Positions 36,559 to 48,400 of a DNA stretch of 64,000 nt are shown piece by piece. How positions within the stretch are numbered: position 1 is the stretch's first letter; every line of letters starts with the position of its first letter. Where the stretch lies: positions 31,290,299 to 31,354,298 of the forward strand of contig NC_134025.1 in NCBI RefSeq assembly GCF_964204645.1. Reading direction: 5' to 3'. Under the pieces are notes generated by a model that was given only the letters and a program-made list of their open reading frames with translations, was not told where the DNA came from and did no database searches. The translations under genes were made by a program, and so were the position numbers. This DNA is from Tubulanus polymorphus. Taxonomy: Eukaryota > Animalia > Nemertea.

Positions 36559-38902
36559 TTATACTTCAGTGGCGAGGATGATAGAATCCCGGTAAGGGTG
36601 ATGAGTGTGTAACGAGTATACCGACGTACTGTCCCCTGCACCACCTCGACTGTTACTGCTGCTGCTGCTGCTGCTACTGCCGCTTCTCGTCACTGGTTTC
36701 GACACCATCAATTCAGCTGGATATATTTCACTACTGTAAAGAGAGAACATTTGAAAAAATGGTCAGCAACCAATCAGAATGAGTTTATCGAGTCATGTGA
36801 TTAGAATTAGCGAATCGCGAATAGGAGGAGCAGTAGTGTTTTCACATACGTCATATTGGCCGTTACTGACAGGCTAGACGGCCAATATGATGCGCTGTGA
36901 CGTATATTAAGATAAGGGATAAATTGATACCATAAAGGCAGCGTTGAGATATTGGTGATGAAACGAGTTGATATATCACACAACACGTTGATGTATCGCG
37001 GGTGTTGGTTCGATTGATCCTCTGACAATCTCAATTTTTGTCGATATATCGATATTGCTGCCTGATATATCATCGAACAAATAGGTGAAACCCGTGTTTT
37101 ATTTACTATCAATTAACACAACAATGATATACAATACACGACGTCCTGTGGGGTGGACAGACCCAACTCACAGACACAACCATTCATGTATATTTGATCA
37201 AGCCGACAATTTAATATTGCGGGGTCATAAAATATTACGAGATATAACTAGCGTCAGAAACAGCTCGCACGCATGCGCGGTAGTAGGGTGAACAGTAATA
37301 TCCCAGAGGCATCAACCATTCTAATGGGCGTAGTTGCTTAGTTACAATAGAAACACATCTATAATAAAACAGCGTCAAAGATTACATTGAAAATCGGGAT
37401 TGACGACGATTAATGTCCAACTGAACGTCGTTTGAGCCTTTTGACTCTAACTGTCTGAGAATTCTATTATTACTGATATCGAGACGTTTTATATGTTTTC
37501 CATTCAAACCATAAATAAGTGCAATATCAATAGAAATATCACAGTAACAAGGCGGAGAGAGACGAGAGGAGAGAGTGAGAGAGACGATGCCAAGAGTGGA
37601 GAGAGGAGAGGGAGAGGGGAGAGAGGAAATGGATGATAAAGAAGAGAGGGGATAGGGAGAGGGAGAGGGAGAGGGAGAGGGAGAGGGAGAGGGAGAGGGA
37701 GAGGGAGAGGGAGAGGGAGAGGGAGAGGGAGAGGGAGAGGGAGAGGGAGAGGGAGAGGGAGAGGGAGAGGGAGAGGGAGAGGGAGAGGGAGAGGGAAAGT
37801 TGATTTTTACTGGTCTATCATCTGAGAATAGTAATATATATATATATAGAGAGAGAGAGAGGAATTGTAATTTTCAAGCACACATTGAAAATACGAGATA
37901 GGTCTAGAAAATAAAAACGGTTATTATTCAAGTGCTAGAAAATGCTTCAGTTTCTGAAGTAGTTTCCTGAATGTCAAAATGTCTACTTCACTGAGTACCA
38001 GAAACCATCTCATTCAACCGAACTAACATTCAATATAGACATCATCTACAAAAACCATATTTTTTTTCATAAAGCTTTATTATTACATCGTTCATAAAAA
38101 AACGGAATTATAACTAGACCAGGCGTTAATCAGCATCCGTATGAAATCCGCCTAAATCTCATCTTTTTATGATTCAAAGTTTTACTGATATTTTTAGCAA
38201 GAATTTTTAAAGAATGGCATTTCTATATTGGCATACCAGAAAGAGGGAGAGAGGAGAGGAGAGAGAGAGGAGAGGAGAGAGAGGGAGATGAGATCTTCTC
38301 TTCGCATACCAGGAAAACCTTTTGTCTAACTAACGACGTTGCCAGTGGCACATCGATGTTGTTGGCACCTAAAAAACAGACATTTGGCCCGCGCACGTTT
38401 TTTGATTACCACAGATGACGCTACCCCGCAGGGTTTCAAACATCTCATCAATAGGTACGCGTAAAATGCTCGGGGCCCGTCCAAAATAAAACCAGTCAGA
38501 AATGAAAACGTATCGGACGGATTATGATCGATCGTACATTGACCCCGACTGAGGGTGTTATAATTATTGAGACAAATTCTGAAAAATGATCCTAAATGAA
38601 CTATTCAAATAGCCACATATCTCAACATGTCTCCTTAACTGAAAACCTATTATAAAATTCACTTTCTGCCGCTTTTTATGAGGTTACCTAGATCTTAATT
38701 AAAACACATTAAACATTGTAACGTCAGTGATGACAGCGACAGAAATATCCCTGACACACCTGACCAAAATGATAAGACGAATTCTTCATTCATCTGAACG
38801 TATCTATTAGACTTTTAGCACAACAGTAACTGTGTGTGCTAGTTACTAGCATGCCCCACTCTACTGACTGGCTGGCTGACTGGCTGGCTGGCTGGCTGGC
38901 AT

Positions 38903-38959
<57 letters not shown>

Positions 38960-41900
38960 ACATGGGTAAGTCAGCATCCGATAAGCCGTCCTAATACCTC
39001 AATCTTTAATCCTGATAAGTCGTCGTTTGAATAAGTCATCAACACTGTCGTCACAACTACAAACACTGGCAGCAGCGAGTTTGAAATGTTTGATCGCAAT
39101 GAAAAGTTTGAATTGTATGAAAATAGGATTTTCAATAAAATCTCTACAGTTTGAAGTCAATAAATGCATTATATGTTTCTATGCGTAAGGTAAAACTAGA
39201 CACCGAGAAATGCAGCAAAACCAACCGGGTTTATCGATCCCTTTTGGTCGATTAAAGACTGAAGAGTAACGGCTACTCGACCAGTGAAAGACGACACTCA
39301 GTGGTCGGTTAAAGCCAGATGGACATCCTCGTGCTTAAAAAACGGTCGAATTCCTTTTTTGTAAGCGTCGTTCAGGTTTTTTATCCGTAGATCTGTATTT
39401 AGAAGGGTTTTCCAATCTGGTAGATTATTAAAGTTCTAACATCATTATTTTGTCGGATCAACGCCCCATTGTGGTCAATATAATTGGTCACTATCGGCCT
39501 TCTGTCAGGATCTTTTCAGTCCAAAAAATGCGGCTAGTAGTTTAGTGAGACACCTGTGTGATAGCTACATGTATTCGCGTGTTTTCTGAGTTCAGTCTCT
39601 ATTGTTTTCGTCCAGCCCTCTCTCGGTGACACTGTCTTTATTCGTGTGACCACGAGATCCTTCTGCAGTTTTTTATCTCTAACCAAACGACAACAAAAAA
39701 GCTTTTGTTGGTTTTAAAAAACCGATCGGTAGACAACGACGGGACAGATGTAACAGGAGGAGTACTCCAGGAGTAGAAATTACCCCGGTGCGTTCCTCTG
39801 TACGCCAGTATTACCGCTGTTTAATCCTCGAATAGACCACTTCAGAAAATACAATCTAATCCGAATTAGCGGCATGATTCAGGTTTGAATTATACCGGTT
39901 CCGGTAGCTCCAGGGATTTTACAAAATGAGTCCTCAATTAGGAAGAAAATCAACGGCTGAAACATCATGTTTGTGTGAGACCAAAAACTGTATTTTTCTG
40001 ATTTTAAGGCGTATAATTGGATGATACCAACAAACACAGTCCCTCGAAATCACCAACTCTATATTCAAAACTTTGATACGAAAATTTCGAAACAGGTTCA
40101 ACTATTTTCTTTTGTTGTGAAATATCTTTTAAAGCGTCCTCTGTTTACGGTAGCCCGATCAGGAGGACACTGTGAACACTTCTCGGGCTCCGTATCTGTC
40201 GCATGCTGCTAGATAATTCGATTCTAGAACTGCTTGTTATTTTGTGGTTAAAAGAAAGTTCAACCACACGTTGAATTGAATTGACACAATCGAATGCGAG
40301 GTGAATCTAATCCTAGCCTCGGGCCTAAATAGAAAACACAACGGCAGGAAAAAATGTAAATTTTCTTTGAAAGCAGTTTAAAACGTGTCCTTGAATATAT
40401 TGTAATCTAATTATAAAGCGTACCGCGCCGGTTTAGTGGCGGCTCTAAAACCTCACGAGCATTAACAAAGAATATCTGCAAATACTACAGAAACATTGTT
40501 TTAGATCCGGAATTTGTTTGCATTATTCTAAAGTGATTTTGCTACATTTAGGGATAATTATTTTTGTAGACAGAAGGATTTTAACTATGTGTGTTTTGTC
40601 TTCAGGGGGTCAAATCGTGCGACACCAATCTCTGCGGCTGAAGTACAATCCAAAACGACCATGAAAAAAAAACGAAGGTCATTATTGTATTGAAGCACGA
40701 TGACGCGTGTCACGTGACGCCCATCGTTAAAAAATCGATTAAGTTTTAATTTGAAAGTTAATGATTATAAGATTATCAAGGTTACGAGAGTTCAAATTTA
40801 GTTCAGGCGGTTTCTTTTTTTCTAAAAGTTTTCTTGTAATGTGATTGATGACACGACGACAATGTGGACCGTTATGTGACATACACTTACGGCAGGACCT
40901 GTGTTCCAACGACACTTCTTCAGTTAGAATTTGACTCTGGCGAAGAGAATGAACTAAATCAACAAACAGAGTTCCAATGTAGAACTGAGTCCAGAACTGT
41001 GGAACTGGGTACAAAAATTGTGGCACTGAATGCAGAACTGTGCCAGAGGATCTGAGTCCAGAAAGTTGTGGAACGGGTTCGTCGAATTGGGTCCAGAAGT
41101 GTGGTTGTGTCCTTAACTGTGGACCGGGTTCTGAACTAGAACAGGGTCCTGAAGTGTGATTCTAGAACGAGACGGACGACCCTCCACGACCTCTCATCGA
41201 GTCTGAACCCATAAAACGAATTAATCGAATTAAAATTCATTGCGCGTTTCATACGAAATAACAAACAATAGCCTTAAAAATCGAGCACCAATCGAAACTC
41301 ACTTAGAAAATGTGAACATTGACGGCGAGGGATTCCCGATTCAACGTCAGCTGGTCTCCTGTGACGGTACAGGGTACAAACACCATATACACATTGTATA
41401 TATACATCAGGATCCAGGCACATTCAGATAACTAACAGTGAATCAAATAACATTAAAATATGCATTTAAAAATACTCCAAATAATTTCTATATATTCGGA
41501 AAAATTTTTATTCAAAGTGACGTTTTTGTTCAATATGATTCCGAATGCCTGGACACACTAGTTTCCAGGGCCTACCCATAACATCCACTTACGGGCCCTA
41601 GACCAACCCATCCGCCGTAGCACAGCACAGTCAATAGTGCTCTTAACATGGTCTTAACTTGTTAGCTGTGGCCTGACAACCGAAACTAAGACTAGTTTTT
41701 ATGTCCTAATAGTCATCTTCAGGAATATTCGGCCTTGCGCGCCTCGACTGACTGGATCCATGGTAAGAGACCCTCCGGTAGACCCACCGCACACGGTATA
41801 CACAAATCATCATTTCACAGCTGATGTTTTCAAAAATAAAAATCATTTCAGAAATCTTTTTTTTCAAAAAACGCGGTCCATGACACAAGGTCGTGACACA

Positions 41901-44900
41901 AAACGACGCTAATGCGAGACCCTTGATCAGATCGCGAGACAGCTGTATCAGCGGTAATCATCATCCCTCTCTCTCTACTCTCGTGACCTTGACCCCGCGT
42001 TCAGTTGGCGCGCGCAATTCTTGGCGCCAAAAACTCACTACTATTACTATAATCTCCTCTCTCTCTTTCCGCTCAGTACAACTCAGTCTCATGATGGCTG
42101 ATAGTAAGCTAACTCTATCTATTCATAGCCATATCGACCCGATAGAAAATCAATCAGCAACAAAATAATCTGCCTCGGTATAAACATTCCAAGAGAGATT
42201 GAAAGGTGAGCGCCGAACATATTTTTTATAGGTTTTTCAATATCGTCGTCACGCAATACATCACACGCTACCTAAACTAATGCGCATTTTATAGCATTCT
42301 CTCTATCATCAATTCCTACTGCATATTACATAAACTATTTTCATTAGCGATAGGAAAAAATAACATATAGAAAAAACGTATCTCTCTAATCCAAACTGAA
42401 GTAGACTTTCATCAACATGTAATTCAACTAATCAATTTGGGGAAAATCGGGGGCCTATTAAAATAGGGATTCTATCGTGCATTTTATTATTATTGGATAT
42501 CTTTCCAATGATTAAAATATGTTTAATTGGAAATAAAGATAGCCACATCTTTAAATCCCCCTATGACATCACCGAGTGACCTATAAATACTCAAACTGAA
42601 AATAAGACCATGATAAAGGTCCGATTGGTGGAGCAATAAGATGGTGACGTCATCGGCGATCGAGGAGAGAGCCATCTTTAATGTAAGGGTCTGTATAATT
42701 ATGTACAGGTCCATGTTTGTAGATCTGTATGTATCGTTTTGGAAAAAATGTGTCAGGAGCGAATAAAAAAATCGATTATTTCTCATATCCGGTTACATTG
42801 CATTGCAATGTATTATATTAATACATTTCTATGTTGAAACAATATGAATTATATACGTTGGCTTATACATAATATTCACTAACAATGAATTTGATAAGTT
42901 GATTTTATATTGAAAAAACACTTTCCACGGATTCAACTTGAGTAAAAGAAGACTTTTAAGAAATCTTTAGATATAGCGTAAGATGAATTATAGAAATCGA
43001 TGTTTTAGTTTCAGCTGCCGGATCTGTACTGGTCATTCTGACACCTATATCTGGTATCTGGCTGAGTTATGACCAAGATGAAATAGAATAGATGTATAAA
43101 TTGAGCAGAGCTATTCGATTGAAGAGAAACCCATCACGCGTTGTAACGGTGACATATGTTGAATATTTAACCCCCCTCGACTTCATCACCACGTGTTTAA
43201 ACTGAACAAATTGATTTAAACTAATTGAATCTAATTAGAACTAACTATAGACTTCCAGTCTCACGAGGAGAACAGACGTGACTCTGGATATACACTGTAT
43301 CTACCCCAGTAAACAGACCGCGATCCACAATCAGATCTAAACATCTAAAACGTCTACTTTTTTATAATCGTTTTTAGAATCAATGATTTCATTTATTTGG
43401 ATTGCAATGAAAAAACCCTGGACATAAAAAAAAGCAATTAAACAATTTAACCAGAAGAGATATTCCAAACATTTCCCTAATTTAATATTCTCAAAGTCTG
43501 GAATCATTTTGCCGGTTTTGACTTATCTAAACTTTAAGTCTTCTTAGTTGAGACGATTATGTTGACGATTTATACAAAATGACGACTTACAATTAGTAAA
43601 TTGAATTGCAAATACAAATCAGAATTCAGCAGTGTCAGAACTTATCTAAATGACGACTTTAAGACTTGTTTCATTTAGTATTTAGAAGCAAAAACTCCTT
43701 AGTAAATTGAATTGCAAAACAAAATGAAAACTTTAAGACGTTGTACTCAGTATTTGGAAGCAAAAAACTCCTTACAAACTGTGTGACATGCAGAAAATAA
43801 CAGAACAAACATAAACAATATTATGGCTTACCATTCATCAGAGTCTGGTCGGCTTCTCCGATGCGATGACAATCTCTTATGATTAGAGTCTATTTTAAAT
43901 GAACTAGATTGCACGTGACTCCTGCCGCTGGAGCTGGATGATGATGAAAGTTTACTAGTATTACTATAATCCAGATCCATACGATTTAATAAATGTCTAT
44001 GTTGAATTTGTAGTTCTTTCCTCTGAACTCTTTCATCGACCGTCTGTAAGTCGTTTCTTATTAAATGCTTGTCATTGTTTGGTTTTTCTATTATAAACTC
44101 TTTACAGTTTTGCATTTCGTTCGTCAATTTAATACAAATATTTCTACTAGATGGAATCGTGACGTCACTATCGACGCATTTATTATTTAGCGATTTAGTT
44201 TTTTGGTGATTTTGTTCGTTTTCTCGTTTGGCCGCCGCGTCATCTTCCGATGACGTCATAGTACGACGGCGACGACACAAGAAAATAATCACGACGATAA
44301 TAATGACGGTTATCGGTATCCCGGCGCCTAAACAGATAATGATGACTACCTGTTGTAAAGGTAACCCTTCCTCCGTCGAGTCTAGCGCCCGCATAAAATC
44401 CAGCGAAGTGTTACCGAGATGACATTCCGATCCGCCGAAACCGTTCACACATTTACAAATAAATCCGTCGCGTTTCGTTTCGCAAATTCCGCCATTTTTA
44501 CAAGGTCGCGACGCGCACCTGTCGACGTTTAAATCGCAATTTTTACCGTAAAATCCCGCGTCGCAAACACATCGATATCCGTTTATAAGATCCAGACATT
44601 TCCCGCGATTACTACAGGTCACGTGACGGCATTCGTTAACGTTCACTTGACAACGTTTCCCGGTAAATCCCGCCGGACACGAACATTTGAAATCGTTTAA
44701 AGAGTCGACGCAGGTGCCGTTATTTCGACAGGGTTTATCTAAACAGTTATTCTCGTTTTGTGCGCAATGTTTGCCGCTGTACCCGACCGGGCAGACACAT
44801 CTATATCCGTTAAACTCGTCGATACAATCTCCTGAAAATATCATAAAAAACAAAAACTGATTTAGTCAATTACAGATACCAGGCTCGTAGCAAAAAATCC

Positions 44901-45379
44901 TTGTCTGGTGATCCACCTGACTGGTCGCAAGTCGCCACACCTGACTGGTTACCAGTCACCACACTGACCAGACAAACTTACAAAGTTAGTTGGTCACCAG
45001 AACTCTATGGTCTAGTGGTAGACACTCTGGGTTTGTATGGCAGAGACCCGGGTTCGAGTCTCAGTCGAGCTAGGGTTAGGGTTATTATGTGTCACCTAGG
45101 GTTAGGGTTGTTGCGGGCTAGGGTTAGTATCCGATGAGCTTTGTTTAGTGCTATTTTCGAGTCCAAACCCGTCAGTCGGCGGCACTTTGGGAGAAAATAT
45201 TCCTTTTTTTATTTCTTCAATTAATGTTTCATTTTTGAAGCACGCGGAAGTACTGTGACGTAACGGGGCAAGTCAACTCTTGACCTTGTTATCAGACGAC
45301 CTTGAAGTTAGAGAGAATAGTTTTTATAAAAGCGATCGATAAAATCGATCTTGAATTGACGATGATGTCTGTATCTAGT

Positions 45380-45428
<49 letters not shown>

Positions 45429-48400
45429 GTCGTGCAGTCGCGCAGCCGCCGCGGCTGCAAAAACTGCAATTACATAAATATGTCAGTTATAAGTAGACAC
45501 GAGAGACAGTCTGAGTGATGTAACCCCGATACATGATTATCAATCAATTGAAGACGATAAAACCACAGAGTCCCAGCAGAGGAAGATGAAGGATTGATTC
45601 CGGCTCAGCCGGGAAGAAACCCAGAGCGAACTCTCGACTAGTGGTTGGAACTAATGACGAACGCGATATAGTTCTTTTTGAAAACTTATCCTACTTTACC
45701 AATAACGTTATTATGAATTTGAATTTGAATTTGAATTTGGTCACACGGAGTCAGCCATCTTGAAGCTAGGTCTACGAAGGCGCTCGGTCCTGTCGTCGAC
45801 TATCTGCGGACTAATAGTTCCGACTATTAACTGACATTCGGTTTCACTTAGTTCGCAAATAGTCGACGACTAACTCCGATAACTGAAGTTTGCCCTGAGT
45901 GTCGCCCGGGTGGTCGTTGCGCTAGTAAGCTGCATGACCTGTCTCTGTCTCTGTCTCTGGCTGTCGGTCTGTCTGTCTGTCTGATCAGAGGAGGGGACGC
46001 TACTCATTCATATCAATTTTTTATGGAAACTAAAAGGACAGCTGGACAAATATTGTCACCATTTGATTTTGATGCATTGCTTTTCTTTCTCTGTTCGGAG
46101 AAGAGTATGAATCATCAAGCAGAAATAACGCACGGGCTTGTGCCGGGATTCTGGTCGGGTTTCCACCGATAGATATATTAGATACATAGTATGTACATTT
46201 TATAGTCTTTATCAAAATTGTGGGAAAATTCATATAAATTACACGTGTATCAAATGAATGTGTACTTAGTGATGATAATGAAATTGTTGTAACAACCGCT
46301 GTTGAAACACATAGTTTGTATTTTAGAGCGCCATTTCGCGGAATCAGAAATTGTACTTTTATTGCTGCTGATAATAATTATTATCATCATCAAATTCTTG
46401 TGATTATTTGAAATTCATACGGGTCTGGTTATACCTAGAGGTTCCAACTACAATCTACAGTGTGCGTGCGCCATGTGATGAGATGCAAATGTAAAATATG
46501 ATAATTACAAAAAGAAACATGATTCCGAAATGTTTCCTTTAGTTATCAGTAGTTGTTTCGATGTTTGACTATCGTAATAGTCATCTTTTCGTCAGTTTCG
46601 AGAAAATGACTTAACGTATCGACTTCATCCCTTGGTATCTTCTTGTGATTATAGAAATGAGAAGATGTGGATGAAGTCGAAACGTCGACTGAATGCATTG
46701 TAGCCAATGGAAACATTTTCGATCCTTATTTTCATTTTGTATCGTGGAAGTTTATCTCGTATTTTATCCATAGGAATTGGTGACAAGATTTCTATGATTG
46801 ATCACGTTTTACCACGAAAGCATTTTGCAATAAGTAGAGATAATGACTCGGGTGTTGAGGGTGGGGTAGTGTACAGGGTGGGGTAGTGTACAGGGTGGGG
46901 TAGTGTACAGGGTGGGGTAGTGTACAGGGTGGGGTAGTGTACAGGGTGGGGTAGTGTACAGGATGGGGTAGTGTTTAGGGTGGGGTAGTGTACAGGGTGG
47001 GGTAGTGTACAGGGTGGGGTAGTGTACAGGGTGGGGTAGTGTACAGGGTGGGGTAGTGTACAGGGTGGGGTAGTGTACAGGGTGGGGTAGTGTACAGGGT
47101 GGGGTAGTGTACAGGGTGGGGTAGTGTACAGGGTGGGGTAGTGTACAGGGTGGGGTAGTGTACAGGGTGGGGTAGTGTACAGGGTGGGGTAGTGTACAGG
47201 ATGGGGTAGTGTACAGGGTGGGGTAGTGTACAGGGTGGGGTAGTGTACAGGGTGGGGTAGTGTACAGGATGGGGTAGTGTACAGGGTGGGGTAGTGTACA
47301 GGGTGGGGTAGTGTACAGGGTGGGGTAGTGTACAGGGTGGGGTAGTGTACAGGGTGGGGTAGTGTACAGGGTGGGGTAGTGTACAGGGTGGGGTAGTGTA
47401 CAGGGTGGGGTAGTGTACAGGGTGGGGTAGTGTACAGGATGGGGTAGTGTACAGGGTGGGGTAGTGTACAGGGTGGGGTAGTGTACAGGGTGGGGTAGTG
47501 TACAGGATGGGGTAGTGTACAGGGTGGGGTAGTGTACAGGGTGGGGTAGTGTACAGGGTGGGGTAGTGTACAGGGTGGGGTAGTGTACAGGGTGGGGTAG
47601 TGTACAGGGTGGGGTAGTGTACAGGGTGGGGTAGTGTACAGGGTGGGGTAGTGTACAGGGTGGGGTAGTGTACAGGGTGGGGTAGTGTACAGGGTGGGGT
47701 AGTGTACAGGATGGGGTAGTGTACAGGGTGGGGTAGTGTACAGGGTGGGGTAGTGTACAGGGTGGGGTAGTGTACAGGGTGGGGTAGTGTACAGGATGGG
47801 GTAGTGTTTAGGGTGGGGTAGTGTACAGGGTGGGGTAGTGTACAGGGTGGGGTAGTGTACAGGATGGGGTAGTGTACAGGGTGGGGTAGTGTACAGGGTG
47901 GGGTAGTGTACAGGGTGGGGTAGTGTACAGGATGGGGTATATATACAGTATTACTCGGGTGTTTAGGGTGGGGTAGTGTACAGGGTGGGGTAGTGTACAG
48001 GGTGGGGTATATATACAGTATAACCGGGTGTTTAGGGTGGGGTAGTGTACAGGGTGGGGTAGTGTACAGGGTGGGGTAGTGTACAGGATGGGGTATATAT
48101 ACAGTATTACTCGGGTGTTTAGGGTGGGGTAGTGTACAGGGTGGGGTAGTGTACAGGGTGGGGTAGTGTACAGGGTGGGGTAGTGTACAGGGTGGGGTAG
48201 TGTACAGGATGGGGTATATATACAGTATTACTCGGGTGTTTAGGGTGGGGTAGTGTACAGGGTGGGGTAGTGTACAGGGTGGGGTAGTGTACAGGGTGGG
48301 GTAGTGTACAGGATGGGGTATATATACAGTATTACTCGGGTGTTTAGGGTGGGGTAGTGTACAGGGTGGGGTAGTGTACAGGGTGGGGTATATATACAGT

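Noticed and set aside
43245-43345. Possible extra Delta exon in intron 9
   Set aside because: Splicing from the phase-2 donor creates TGA immediately; no similarity to Delta tails.
45001-45072. Functional tRNA gene
   Set aside because: Acceptor and anticodon stems do not pair properly and there is no poly-T terminator; treated as a SINE or pseudogene.
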